NCBI RefSeq assembly: GCF_000018105.1
Contig: NC_009925.1
Location: 5,460,001 to 5,492,000 of the forward strand
Length of the DNA: 32,000 nt
Origin: Acaryochloris marina MBIC11017
GTDB taxonomy: Bacteria > Cyanobacteriota > Cyanobacteriia > Thermosynechococcales > Thermosynechococcaceae
Direction: 5' to 3'
Under the pieces are notes generated by a model. The model was not told the origin of the DNA. It saw only the letters and a list, made by a program, of their open reading frames with translations, and made no database searches. Of the stretch, positions 8,562 through 18,529 are shown piece by piece; the first letter of the stretch is position 1; each line of letters begins with the position of its first letter. The position numbers were made by a program, and so were the translations under genes.

Positions 8562-9605
8562 ATGAGAGGAAAACGCTGGTATAGGGCTCTAACAAATCAT
8601 CTTTCTCACAGGCTTCGGCACTGGCAGTTACTGGTATTAGCCGCAGGTTTAACCTTTAGCATGGTGCTGTTGGGGTCCAGTGCAATTGCACAAATGGATC
8701 TTCCTCAAACTAAAGCTGAAACAGGACCAACCAATGCTGCCGTCTATCACTTTAAAGTGGGTGACTTTAAGGCCATGGTGGTGAGTGACGGTACCCTATC
8801 CTTTCCACCAAACTTCTTTGTACCCAAAGCCGACCCCAAGGCAGTGACAGCGGTACTGAAGGAACATTTTCTCGGAACCAAAGATGTTTTAGCCCATATC
8901 AATGCCCTGTACCTTGAAACCGATGAACACAAAGTGCTATTTGATACAGGCGCAGGGGCTGCCTTTGGTCCTACCGCTGGTCATCTACTGAAAAATCTTG
9001 AAGCAGCAGGTATTACAGCCCCAGAAATTGACACGGTCATTTTGACCCATGCTCACCCAGACCATATCGGCGGCATTGTAGACGATAAGGGCCAGCTGCG
9101 CTTACCCAATGCCCAGTTCTATATCTCCCAAGCAGAGTCTGACTTTTGGCTGGCGGACACTGTGGAGCTGCCCAAATCCCTATTCGACGAGGAAACAAAG
9201 GCTAGGACGATTAAGGGGGCAAAGGAGAGACTAAGCGCTATTCAAGATCGGACGACCCTATTTGCCATGGGCAGTGAGGTCATTCCCCATATTCAAGCGA
9301 TTGATTCTAGTGGTCATACCCCCGGACAAGCTTCCTTCCTCATTACGTCTGGCGAAGAAAGTCTACTCACCACCGGAGATGTTTTCTTTAGCGACCCCCT
9401 TAACTTGGAAAACCCAGACTGGGAAGTGGCCTTTGATGGTGACCCTGAACAGGGGGTAATCGCCCGTCGTCAGTTATTGGAAACAGTTACAGCCCAACGC
9501 CGTCTGCTGCTGGTACCCCATATGCCCTTTCCAGGGCTGGGCCATGTCAGAACGCAAGGGGATGCCTATGGTTGGGAACCGATTGTCTGGCGGTTTGTCG
9601 TTTAG
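8562..9605 (+). CDS. MBL-fold metallo-hydrolase, probably exported
   Basis: HxHxDH motif ILTHAHPDHIGG. The N-terminal region is signal-like (LLVLAAGLTFSMVLLGSSAIAQ) after a basic stretch. Confidence 0.85.
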   Translation: MRGKRWYRALTNHLSHRLRHWQLLVLAAGLTFSMVLLGSSAIAQMDLPQTKAETGPTNAAVYHFKVGDFKAMVVSDGTLSFPPNFFVPKADPKAVTAVLKEHFLGTKDVLAHINALYLETDEHKVLFDTGAGAAFGPTAGHLLKNLEAAGITAPEIDTVILTHAHPDHIGGIVDDKGQLRLPNAQFYISQAESDFWLADTVELPKSLFDEETKARTIKGAKERLSAIQDRTTLFAMGSEVIPHIQAIDSSGHTPGQASFLITSGEESLLTTGDVFFSDPLNLENPDWEVAFDGDPEQGVIARRQLLETVTAQRRLLLVPHMPFPGLGHVRTQGDAYGWEPIVWRFVV

Positions 9606-9620
9606 CTGATCCATTCAAAA

Positions 9621-12600
9621 TCACTGCATTTGCAGATGATAGTCCTGAATGGCTTTTACATCCATGGTTTCTGATTGAAGCGATCGCAAGGCTGCTGCGG
9701 TCGCTTTTGCCCCTGCAATCGTGGTAATCAGGGGAATCTTATAGGCCAAAGCCGACCGTCGAATCAAGCGACCATCGGCATGGGCATCACTACCGGACGG
9801 GGTATTGAGAATCAGCTGTACCTGACGATTTTTAATTAAATCTAGAACATTGGGGCGACCTTCGTGCAGTTTAAGCACCGGGGCCACCTCAAACCCTTCA
9901 GCCTCCAGTACCTTTTGGGTGCCAGCGGTAGCCACTAGCTTGAACCCTAGTTCGATTAAATCCCTAGCAATGGGAATCACCGCTTGCTTATCTCGATCCG
10001 TCATGGAGACAAACACCGACCCTGACTGGGGTAAATCCTGATGGGCTGAGAACTGAGACTTGGCAAAGGCTTTGCCAAAATCCGTATCAATCCCCATTGC
10101 CTCACCTGTGGAGCGCATTTCAGGACCGAGGATAGTGTCGGTGCCAGGGAATTTAGCGAAGGGTAATACCGCTTCTTTTACAGAAATATGCTGAGGAATT
10201 CGCTCCTCTTTAATCCCTAGATCAGCAAGGGTTTGCCCCGACATTAACCGCGCCGCCACCTGGGCCAAGGGTAAGCCAATGGCCTTAGAAACAAAGGGTA
10301 CCGTGCGGGAGGCTCTGGGGTTGGCTTCTAAGATATATACTTGCTCTCCCTGGACCGCAAACTGGAGGTTCATTAACCCAATCACATTCAGCTGCTGAGC
10401 CAGTTGCTTACTCCATTCTCGGATAGTTGCTAGGGTTTCTTCCCCTAGAGACAAAGTAGGTATAGCACAAGCTGAATCCCCCGAATGGACGCCTGCCTGC
10501 TCGATATGCTCCATAATGCCGCCGATGACGACTTCGCCAGTACGGTCTGCGATCGCATCCACATCCACCTCAATGGCATCTTCCAAAAACTTGTCGATCA
10601 GGATGGGATGATCGGGTTCCACCTGCACTGCAAAGGTCATATAGCGTTCAAGCTCTTCATCGGAATAGACAATCTCCATCGCCCGTCCCCCCAGAACATA
10701 GCTAGGCCGCACCACCACGGGATATTGAATCCGCTGAGCTACTTCCGTTGCTTCCTGATTACTGCGGGCAATTCCATTCGGTGGCTGAGTGATGTTGAGG
10801 GTATGGAGAATCTGCTCAAATCGCTCCCGGTCCTCAGCAATATCAATGGAGTCTGGTGACGTGCCCCAGATCTTGGGACCATCGGGCTTCCCTTGCAGGT
10901 AGGTTTGCAACGGCACCGCCAACTTCAAAGGGGTCTGTCCGCCAAACTGAATAATAATCCCTTCTGGATTTTCCGCTTCCAGAATATTGAGAACATCCTC
11001 TTTCGTCAGTGGTTCAAAATACAGGCGATCGCTAGTGTCATAGTCCGTGGAGACCGTTTCCGGGTTGGAATTGACCATAATCGTCTCGAAATCGTCCGCC
11101 TGCAGAGCATAAGAGGCATGGCAACAGCAGTAGTCAAACTCAATACCCTGACCAATTCTGTTCGGCCCTGACCCCAAAATCATCACCTTGCGGCGATCGG
11201 AGGGTAACACCTCCGATTCCTGCTCATAGGTGGAATAGTAATAGGGCGTTAAAGCCTCAAACTCCGCCGCACAGGTATCCACGGTTTTATAAGCCGGAAC
11301 TACCCCCAACTGCTTGCGATAGTTGCGAACTTCATCTTCATTGGATTGGGTAGCAAAGGCAATCTGCGGATCACTAAAGCCCTGCTGCTTAATCTGCCAC
11401 ATCAGATCAGCAGTCAGATCATATAGGTTGGTTTGCTTAAGATACTCTTCCGTCGTTAACAGATCCTGAAAATGCCAGAGGAACCAGGGGTCAATCCCAG
11501 TAATGTCGTAAATTTCTTCGACGCTCAGTCCTGCCTGCAAGGCATGGCGAACGGTATAGATGCGCTCAGGATTGGGATTCCGTAAACTCGCCCGAATCTG
11601 CTCTAGACTCGGCAGGTTCTCAGCCTGGTCACAGCCCCAGCCAAATCGCCCTGTCTCCAAAGACCGCAACGCCTTTTGAAAGGATTCTTGGAAGGTGCGA
11701 CCAATGGCCATCGCCTCGCCCACCGACTTCATCTGTGTGGTTAAGGCCGGTTCAGACCCAGGAAACTTCTCAAAGGCAAATCGGGGAATCTTGGTGACCA
11801 CATAGTCAATACTGGGTTCAAAGCTGGCTGGGGTTTTGCGGGTAATATCATTGGGAATCTCGCTGAGGGCGTAGCCCACCGCCAATTTGGCTGCAAACTT
11901 TGCGATCGGGAATCCAGTGGCTTTGGACGCCAGGGCCGAGGATCGAGACACTCGGGGATTCATCTCAATTACGATCACTTCGCCATCGATGGGATTGACC
12001 GCAAACTGAATATTCGATCCCCCCGTTTCCACTCCAATTTCGCGGATAATCTTGATCGAAGCATCTCGTAGGCGCTGGTATTCCTTGTCCGTCAGGGTCT
12101 GGGCCGGAGCAACAGTAATCGAGTCTCCCGTATGCACCCCCATGGGATCAATGTTCTCGATGGAGCAAATAATCACCACATTGTCGGCCAGGTCCCGCAT
12201 GACCTCCAATTCATACTCTTTCCAGCCAATCAAGGATTTCTCAATCAAAATCTGAGAAACGGGGCTGGCATCCAGACCGCTCTGGGCAATGGCTTCAAAT
12301 TCTTCTTGGTTGTAGGCAATACCCCCGCCTGTGCCTCCCAAAGTGAAGGCAGGACGGACAATTAAAGGATAAGTACCAATCTCCTGGGCAATTTGTTGGG
12401 ATTCCGCCATGGTCTCGGCCAAGCCTGACGGGCAAACACCTAAGCCAATCCGCTCCATGGCTTCTTTAAACAGCTTGCGGTCTTCCGCCATTTCAATGGC
12501 CGGAAGCTTGGCTCCAATCAGTTCGACATTGTATTGGTCTAAGACCCCTGTCTTTGCTAGGGTCACCGCCAAGTTTAAAGCCGTTTGGCCTCCCATGGTT

Positions 12601-12863
12601 GGAAGTAAGGCATCAGGCCGCTCTTTGGCGATAACCTTTTCCACCAATTCGGGGGTCAGGGGTTCAATATAGATCCGCTCCGCTGTTTCTGGATCCGTCA
12701 TAATCGTGGCGGGATTAGAGTTAATCAGTACCACTTCATAGCCTTCGTCCCGCAGAGCTTTGCAGGCTTGGGTCCCAGAATAGTCAAATTCGCAGGCTTG
12801 CCCAATCACAATTGGCCCAGAACCAATCAGCAGGATTTTGTGCAGATCTTCACGGCGAGACAT
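9621..12863 (-). CDS. carB: carbamoyl-phosphate synthase large subunit
   Basis: 1080 aa with duplicated ATP-grasp halves. Canonical N-terminus is [29 protein letters not shown] and the second half begins [27 protein letters not shown]-terminal MGS-like domain is present. Confidence 0.97.
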   Translation of the reverse strand: MSRREDLHKILLIGSGPIVIGQACEFDYSGTQACKALRDEGYEVVLINSNPATIMTDPETAERIYIEPLTPELVEKVIAKERPDALLPTMGGQTALNLAVTLAKTGVLDQYNVELIGAKLPAIEMAEDRKLFKEAMERIGLGVCPSGLAETMAESQQIAQEIGTYPLIVRPAFTLGGTGGGIAYNQEEFEAIAQSGLDASPVSQILIEKSLIGWKEYELEVMRDLADNVVIICSIENIDPMGVHTGDSITVAPAQTLTDKEYQRLRDASIKIIREIGVETGGSNIQFAVNPIDGEVIVIEMNPRVSRSSALASKATGFPIAKFAAKLAVGYALSEIPNDITRKTPASFEPSIDYVVTKIPRFAFEKFPGSEPALTTQMKSVGEAMAIGRTFQESFQKALRSLETGRFGWGCDQAENLPSLEQIRASLRNPNPERIYTVRHALQAGLSVEEIYDITGIDPWFLWHFQDLLTTEEYLKQTNLYDLTADLMWQIKQQGFSDPQIAFATQSNEDEVRNYRKQLGVVPAYKTVDTCAAEFEALTPYYYSTYEQESEVLPSDRRKVMILGSGPNRIGQGIEFDYCCCHASYALQADDFETIMVNSNPETVSTDYDTSDRLYFEPLTKEDVLNILEAENPEGIIIQFGGQTPLKLAVPLQTYLQGKPDGPKIWGTSPDSIDIAEDRERFEQILHTLNITQPPNGIARSNQEATEVAQRIQYPVVVRPSYVLGGRAMEIVYSDEELERYMTFAVQVEPDHPILIDKFLEDAIEVDVDAIADRTGEVVIGGIMEHIEQAGVHSGDSACAIPTLSLGEETLATIREWSKQLAQQLNVIGLMNLQFAVQGEQVYILEANPRASRTVPFVSKAIGLPLAQVAARLMSGQTLADLGIKEERIPQHISVKEAVLPFAKFPGTDTILGPEMRSTGEAMGIDTDFGKAFAKSQFSAHQDLPQSGSVFVSMTDRDKQAVIPIARDLIELGFKLVATAGTQKVLEAEGFEVAPVLKLHEGRPNVLDLIKNRQVQLILNTPSGSDAHADGRLIRRSALAYKIPLITTIAGAKATAAALRSLQSETMDVKAIQDYHLQMQ

Positions 12864-13123
12864 AAGCTAAGGGCTTCTCAGAAATAGGCAGGTTGGGAAC
12901 TTGAGGATGAGTAAGGATAAATCTTGCTCAGGTGTAGTCAGGGACCTCAATTTCCACTTCTAAGGATTGTGACATCCTCTGGTTTTAACCGCTAGTCAAT
13001 CTTGATGATTCGGTATCTAGAATGGATTTCAACAGGTCCCTGTATCAACATTTGTAATCCGTCTAACTAGCACCAAGGTAGAAACCCTGTTTAGGATACT
13101 GCCTACATGGGGATTGGAGATGT

Positions 13124-13143
13124 AAAACTCTTTCTGAAAAGAG
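13124..13143 (-). terminator. weak hairpin plus U-run downstream of the permease gene
   Basis: The minus strand reads CTCTTT-tcag-AAAGAG followed by TTTTACA. The stem is only 6 bp and AT-rich. Confidence 0.3.
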
Positions 13144-13220
13144 GTGAGCCATCTCAATTCACGATGGGATGATGAATGATGATAACTCGGGCTACTTCTA
13201 GTGAATCTCGGGAGAAAGTT

Positions 13221-14147
13221 TCAAATTGTGCCTCTAAATAATCCTTGAGGGCGGACGAGGAGGACTAACACCATAGCTAAGAGCGCGATCGCAAGTTTGT
13301 ATTCCGTGGGCAGCCAGTAGGTGCTAACTTCTTGGGCGATACCGATGACCATTGCACCTGCGATCGCACCGTAAGGATTGCCAATACCACCCAGGACCAC
13401 CGAAGCAAACATGGGCAAAATCAAAAACCAACCCATATTCGGTCGCACCGCCGTAATCAGGCCATACATGCCCCCACTTAAGGCAGTTAAGCCTCCAGCC
13501 AACACCCAGGTCCACAACACCACCCGGTTAACATCAATCCCTGAGACGCTGGCAAGATCAATATCATCCGCCACAGCTCGCATTGCTTTACCAATTTTGG
13601 TGTATTGCAACAGGCAGTGCAGACCGACTACCGCCAAAATCGCCAGACCAATCACAATCAAACGATAGTAGGGGATTTTGACCACGCCCAAGATTTCAGC
13701 TGCCTTGGCAACCGGCAAGTCATAGCTTTTATTGCCGCCGCCCCAGATAAAAATAATGCCGTTGCGAATAAATAGGGCAAGGCCAATCGAAATAATGATT
13801 AAGGTGGTGGATGTGGCTCTGCGATCGCGCATCTTCGCCCAGATCAAAAACTCGCAAATCAAGAATCCGCCAATCGTGACGATCGTAGCCAGAATAATCG
13901 AGATCCAAACATTGGCTTGGGCAAACAAACTATCTAACCAATCCACCCCAAACACCACATGGTTTAGGACCTGGGTATTAAACAGAAAGGTCAGAAATGC
14001 CCCCGTAGTCATAAAGTCCCCGTGGGCAAAATTCGGCAAACGGAGAATGCCATAGGTGAGGGTGAGGCCGACAGCCGCGAGGGCAATAATGCTGCCCACG
14101 GCAATTCCATTAATAAAAAGCTGCGCCAGATCTAGAACTAGATCCAT
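13221..14147 (-). CDS. branched-chain/neutral amino acid ABC transporter permease (LivH family)
   Basis: N-terminus LAQLFINGIAVGSIIALAAVGLTLTYGILRLPNFAHGDFMTTGAF is the LivH-type signature. The protein has multiple TM helices. Confidence 0.9.
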   Translation of the reverse strand: MDLVLDLAQLFINGIAVGSIIALAAVGLTLTYGILRLPNFAHGDFMTTGAFLTFLFNTQVLNHVVFGVDWLDSLFAQANVWISIILATIVTIGGFLICEFLIWAKMRDRRATSTTLIIISIGLALFIRNGIIFIWGGGNKSYDLPVAKAAEILGVVKIPYYRLIVIGLAILAVVGLHCLLQYTKIGKAMRAVADDIDLASVSGIDVNRVVLWTWVLAGGLTALSGGMYGLITAVRPNMGWFLILPMFASVVLGGIGNPYGAIAGAMVIGIAQEVSTYWLPTEYKLAIALLAMVLVLLVRPQGLFRGTI

Positions 14148-14331
14148 TCCTACTGTTCCTGTTATGGGTCAATGCTTAGGCGGTGCAGCGTCTACTCACT
14201 TTTCATTCGCGCTAAGCATGAAAATCATACAACTTCAGGTCCCAGAACGCATGGGGATCGGGTTTTCCCAATATCAATCGCTAGATGTTTAGGATCTTGC
14301 TTAATGATGTTCTTTGCAGTCCTAGCCGCTA

Positions 14332-14550
14332 ATGTCCTCAACGCCTGAAGATAGCCCTATCTCCCAAAAACTAGGCTGCTATAAATACTCAATAGATAGC
14401 TGCATTCTCATCAAGGCCAATGTTGAAGCAGTGACTTCTGTGATCAGGGAGTATTTTGAGCTTGAAATGCTTTCCCACTGTACGTTGTCAGATTACATTG
14501 ATGCTGAAAAAGGGGCTTGGAATGCAGTAGAGCGTCAGCGACAAGTCAGA
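14332..14550 (+). pseudogene. 5' part of a host gene interrupted by the IS200/IS605 element
   Basis: The ORF runs from the ATG at 14332 into the IS end hairpin, where it meets a stop (14560-14562). Family unknown. Confidence 0.55.
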
Positions 14551-15119
14551 TACCTCCGGTAAAACCGGAGGCTTGAATTAGAACCCCTTAAAGGGGATTT
14601 GGGCTACGCCCGAAACAAGTTCAATTGCTCAAGCTTTTGCTCCTCTTGTTCCTGATGTCTGATATATCGACGAATCACTTCCTCATCTCTGCCGACTGTT
14701 GAGACAAAATACCCTCTAGACCAAAACTTATGGCCTGTCGCATTCCGGCTATTGCCTAACTCTCGAGCGATATAAATGGCACTCTTACCTTTTACATAGC
14801 CCACCACATTGGACACAGAGTATTTCGGCGGAATACTCAACAACATATGAACATGATCTAGCATTAAATGGCCTTCTTCTATGGCACTCTCTTTATGTCG
14901 TGCCAGTTCATGAAATATATCACCTAAATTCTGCCTAATTCGTCCATATATTCTTCTCTTTCGATATTTCGGCACAAATACTACATGATATTTGCATTCC
15001 CACACACTATGGGATAACTTGCGATATGTCATTCTGTCTCCTTTGAAGACTTCAAAGGAGACCTTTCTACCGCGGTATAGGTGGAACCTGACGAGTCCTG
15101 CGCTCAAAGCGCAGGCTTA
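14551..15119 (-). mobile_element. IS200/IS605-family insertion sequence (tnpA only); boundaries +/- ~10 bp
   Basis: A Y1/HUH transposase gene is flanked by subterminal hairpins. These are CCTCCGGT-aaa-ACCGGAGG (14553-14571), CCCCTT-a-AAGGGG (14584-14596), CTCCTTTGAAG-a-CTTCAAAGGAG (15038-15060) and CCTGCGC-tcaaa-GCGCAGG (15097-15115). Confidence 0.8.
14604..15032 (-). CDS. tnpA: IS200/IS605 family transposase TnpA (Y1 HUH)
   Basis: MTYRKLSHSVWECKYHVVFVPKYRKR..., HUH motif DHVHMLL and catalytic-Tyr region FWSRGYFVSTVG. Start is at 15032, preceded by AAGGAG. The track N-terminal extension to 15107 runs through the end hairpins. Confidence 0.9.
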   Translation of the reverse strand: MTYRKLSHSVWECKYHVVFVPKYRKRRIYGRIRQNLGDIFHELARHKESAIEEGHLMLDHVHMLLSIPPKYSVSNVVGYVKGKSAIYIARELGNSRNATGHKFWSRGYFVSTVGRDEEVIRRYIRHQEQEEQKLEQLNLFRA

Positions 15120-15728
15120 TACAGGATAGTTAGACAATCTAGCCAAAGCGAACCATTTCCCTCAATACAAAGGGCAATACCAGTATGGCGTTTTAAAGGG
15201 CATCAATGGACTATTTTATGGCTATCTGGAGCGGAAGAGGCTCTTGCTTTTGCTCTATCGTTATTGTTACAAACCACAGTCATCACTTTCTATGACAGTG
15301 ATAATGCTAATTACAAAGCGTTCAAAGTATTTGGAAACGAGTGCCTGCTTGAGCACTATTTGTATGGAGCTGAGTGTGGAGAAATCCCTCCCAACTATTG
15401 GGACATCATTTTCGAAGACTACGATGCAGATACTTTTTGGTACCGCGTTCACCACTTCAAAAGTGTGATTAGATCTGTAGATGAAACTGAATTAAGACAG
15501 GCCGCTATTTCAAGAAAATGGGATTGGGACGATCGGGGCTTTTTAGATACTTGCCTCAGATATTTTGAGGCTTACATTCCCTTGCTGGAAGAAACGCCAC
15601 ATCATTACCGCAGCGAAGACAGAACAACCTTTCATCAATGGGATAACAATATTGCGCGGCTCGATCTCATCCTTATGCCCTCTAACTGGAAATATCTAGA
15701 TTGGACAATCCCCAAACAGGTCCTATGA
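15120..15728 (+). pseudogene. 3' part of the host gene interrupted by the IS200/IS605 element
   Basis: About 200 codons are open, but the first ATG is only ~17 codons from the end. The track's GTG start at 15081 lies inside the IS. The frame can join the 5' part if the IS length is 2 mod 3 (for example 14551..15116 or 15119). Confidence 0.55.
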
Positions 15729-15901
15729 GAACAGTTCCAACCATTGGTTCTGTGGGATTTTGGTAAGTCCGATTTTGTTGAAGGTTGTCAACAAACTGGC
15801 AGATTACAAAAGATAATGCTGGAAACCTATCATTTTGACTCCACTCAGAGTAGCAGTTCAAACAGATCGGTTTGCTACACCCCCATCAGCAATACCATGG
15901 C

Positions 15902-16420
15902 TTATGAACATCGATAGCGAGCAAAAGCGTTATCGTCACTGATCGCAGATAGAGTATTTCGATCCTCCGAAAGCTGAAATTCTCTTTCACTCAGCCATGT
16001 TTCGCCTTCGCCAGATAACTCAACCTTCACTTTCAAGGTTGTCTTCCCGTCACTTACAACCTCTTTAATAGGCCCCTGACTTTCATAAAACTGAATCTGA
16101 TTTGGCCCTATCTCAAGCCTAGTCTCGCTAGCCTGGGAATTACATTGCTCTAAATCAGCCTGCCATACCCCTTGAAAAGCTTGAGGAACGTCCTCATACT
16201 GCTTTACTTGAGCCAAAGTTGTATTGGCCGATGTTTCAGACTGTTCTGGTTCTAAAGCATTACCAGGGCTGGGGGATTCAGAACTGAGGGATTCAGAGTT
16301 TGTTGATGATGTATCAGGGGTTTGACTTGTGGAGCATCCTCCAATAGCAACCATTAGGGAAGTTATACAGACAACCGTAACTACACCAAAGTATCGGGAG
16401 AAGCGTTTTGAATTCAGCAT
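15902..16420 (-). CDS. hypothetical lipoprotein
   Basis: Signal peptide with lipobox (LMVAIGGCS), followed by a Ser/Thr/Glu-rich linker. Confidence 0.7.
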   Translation of the reverse strand: MLNSKRFSRYFGVVTVVCITSLMVAIGGCSTSQTPDTSSTNSESLSSESPSPGNALEPEQSETSANTTLAQVKQYEDVPQAFQGVWQADLEQCNSQASETRLEIGPNQIQFYESQGPIKEVVSDGKTTLKVKVELSGEGETWLSEREFQLSEDRNTLSAISDDNAFARYRCS

Positions 16421-16594
16421 GGATCAAAGATATTATTTCCCCACCATAACAATATTGAGATGAGCGATTGCAGCGGTTATGGCCATGATGATCAAAGACC
16501 GTGTCTAGGCCGTGATGGCATCCCAATCAACAAGACAGGGGGCACACACTCCAATCACTTAGGTATAAGAAATAAATTTTAGGTGCAATAAGTT

Positions 16595-16638
16595 AGGTGT
16601 AAAACACTGAAAATCAGGGATATTTACACCTGTTTTTT
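16595..16638 (+). terminator. hairpin plus T6 run, canonical only on the plus strand
   Basis: AGGTGTAAA ...19 nt... TTTACACCT followed by gTTTTTTg. It lies just after the larE-like stop, but that gene is on the opposite strand. Confidence 0.4.
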
Positions 16639-16653
16639 GCGAATTGAAACAGA

Positions 16654-17478
16654 TCAAGACATGGACGATGCGAAGGGCAGTTCCTGATTGAGTTTGCCAC
16701 TAACAAAGCCTTCTAAATCGAGAGTGACGTAAGTAAAGCCATAGCCCTTGAAGGCTTCTACAAGTTCAGCCAGATCGGTGTTTTGGATAAAAGTTGGAAT
16801 CTCCGCAGCCGGGAGTTCGATGCGAGCGGTATCGGCTTGAGATCGCACCCTTAGCGTCGACCATCCCAAATGACGAAGATAGCGCTCTGCCTGTCCCACC
16901 CGTCGCAATTTCTCAACCGTGATTTCTTCACCATAAGGAAAACGAGAACTCAAACAAGGCTGAGCCGGTTTATCCCACCAGGGTAACCCCAACAACTTTG
17001 AGATTTCTCGCACTTCAAGCTTCGTGATCCCCACTTCTGCCAGGGGTGATCTCGTGCCGCGCTCCTTCGCCGCCCGAATGCCTGGGCGATAATCCTGGAG
17101 ATCATCTGCATTCACCCCATCCACAACATAAGCATAGCCCCATTCTGAAGCTAGGGGCTTTAAGGCATCGTAAAGTTCACTTTTGCAGAAATAGCAGCGA
17201 TTCACCGGATTCGTCGTGTAATTGGGATTATCCATTTCATGGGTGGCAACCACTTCATGGGAAATACCAATATCAGCCGCTTGTACTTGAGCATCTTCAA
17301 AATCTTCTGGCAGCAGGGAGGGTGAATTAGCAGTAATCGCTAAAGCTTTATACCCCAGCACATCAAATGCCACTTTTGCCACTAAAGTGCTATCAATGCC
17401 TCCTGAATAAGCAATCAGCGCACGTTCCATTTGGGCAAAGAGGGTTTGCAGTTGTTGCAGCTTATCCTGAACCGTCAT
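16654..17478 (-). CDS. larE: LarE-type PP-loop ATP-dependent sulfur transferase (TIGR00268-like)
   Basis: PP-loop YSGGIDST and ...YRPG...SPL.... CLSSRFPYG aligns with the Lactobacillus LarE region SCSVSSRFPYG as I recall it. The tail is YVTLDLEGFVSGKLN. Confidence 0.8.
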   Translation of the reverse strand: MTVQDKLQQLQTLFAQMERALIAYSGGIDSTLVAKVAFDVLGYKALAITANSPSLLPEDFEDAQVQAADIGISHEVVATHEMDNPNYTTNPVNRCYFCKSELYDALKPLASEWGYAYVVDGVNADDLQDYRPGIRAAKERGTRSPLAEVGITKLEVREISKLLGLPWWDKPAQPCLSSRFPYGEEITVEKLRRVGQAERYLRHLGWSTLRVRSQADTARIELPAAEIPTFIQNTDLAELVEAFKGYGFTYVTLDLEGFVSGKLNQELPFASSMS

Positions 17479-17610
17479 CAGCCCTTAGTTATGACTCCTA
17501 TTCCTACAGTCTAATGGTCCTCAGGGAAAAAGGTTGACTCATAAAAGATGGGTGGGATAACCAAGAGTGATTATGATAGAATTAGCGTTTTGAGAAATCA
17601 CGGATCGCGT

Positions 17611-17880
17611 ATGGCTTTGTTGCAAGAAAAGAAACACGAAATTATTAATGCCTATCAAGTCCACGAGACCGATACAGGCTCAGCAGACGTCCAGGTTGCC
17701 ATGCTAACTGAGCGGATCAGCAAGCTTAGTGAACATCTCAAGACCAACAAAAAAGACCATTCTTCCCGTCGGGGCCTTTTGAAAATGATTGGTCAGCGTA
17801 AGCGCCTGTTGACCTATATCATGAAAAAAGATCAAGCCCATTACCGTGAGCTAATTAAACGCTTGGGTATTCGGGGTTAA
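17611..17880 (+). CDS. rpsO: 30S ribosomal protein S15
   Basis: [70 protein letters not shown]... is canonical S15, 89 aa from the ATG at 17611. Confidence 0.95.
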   Translation: MALLQEKKHEIINAYQVHETDTGSADVQVAMLTERISKLSEHLKTNKKDHSSRRGLLKMIGQRKRLLTYIMKKDQAHYRELIKRLGIRG

Positions 17881-17898
17881 CGGTACTTTTTTTATCCC

Positions 17899-18519
17899 AT
17901 GGCTCCTAAAACTGAAGGTAATAACACGAATAACAAGGCTGGCTTCGGTTTAGACTTAGCCGATGCCTCGGCTACTGATAACAAGAAGAAAGCCAAATCT
18001 GCTCCTAAGCTATCTGCTAAAGCTTCTAAATCAAAGAAAAAGCAGAAAAAAGCTAAGGGGAAGAAGCGAGACGCTCCCTCTTCAGTTATTCCTAAAGTTG
18101 TGAGCAACCGGATGCTTAGGCGTGTTGGGATCTTTTCCGGAATTCCCACACTATTGGCTTTTCTGACTATCCCAGCTAGCTACTTCATTACTGAGCAAGG
18201 ATGGGTAGAGTTTCCCAGTACCGTAGTGCTATTCATAAGCGTTACCTGTCTTGGACTCGGTCTCGTAGGTGTCAGTTATGGGATCATTTCTGCCTCCTGG
18301 GATGAAGAGCTAAAGGGATCGGCCCTTGGGATTAGCGAATTCAAACTGAACTTAGGCCGGATTCAAGAGCGTCGCCGCATTCAAAAGGAAGAGCGAAAAC
18401 GCCTCAAAGAAGAAAAAGCGAAAGAAGAGGCTAAGGCAGAGAAGGCATCGGCTAAAGCAGAATCGACTTCACCTAAAACTACAGCCGAAACCTCTGAAGA
18501 GGAGTCAGCTAGCTCGTAA
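17899..18519 (+). CDS. PAM68-like (DUF3464) photosystem II assembly-related membrane protein
   Basis: Lys-rich N-terminus, then IPKVVSNRMLRRVGIFSGIPT...GLGLVGVSYGIISASWDEE with two TM helices. This is the PAM68/Sll0933 pattern as I remember it. Confidence 0.75.
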   Translation: MAPKTEGNNTNNKAGFGLDLADASATDNKKKAKSAPKLSAKASKSKKKQKKAKGKKRDAPSSVIPKVVSNRMLRRVGIFSGIPTLLAFLTIPASYFITEQGWVEFPSTVVLFISVTCLGLGLVGVSYGIISASWDEELKGSALGISEFKLNLGRIQERRRIQKEERKRLKEEKAKEEAKAEKASAKAESTSPKTTAETSEEESASS

Positions 18520-18529
18520 GGAGTCCTCC

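Noticed and set aside
9850-12672. Six plus-strand ORFs of 63-124 aa inside carB (9850, 10485, 10893, 12052, 12132, 12409)
   Set aside because: They are antisense shadow ORFs within a highly conserved 1080-aa gene. Their products are low-complexity or implausible.
12864-13220. 356-bp carB upstream region checked for a tRNA, riboswitch or NtcA site
   Set aside because: I could see no cloverleaf-compatible sequence, no GTA-N8-TAC palindrome (only TGTA-N8-TGTA, which is non-palindromic) and no recognisable riboswitch core.
13324-14292. Overlapping and antisense ORFs across the LivH-type permease gene and its upstream flank (13324..13515 minus strand in another frame; 13378, 13732 and 14056 plus strand)
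   Set aside because: They are shadow ORFs of a hydrophobic membrane-protein gene.
15729-15760. Imperfect hairpin (AACC-att-GGTT with a flanking CAG/CTG pair) followed by GATTTTGG after the split gene
   Set aside because: The stem is interrupted by a 4-nt bulge, so it is too weak to call a terminator.
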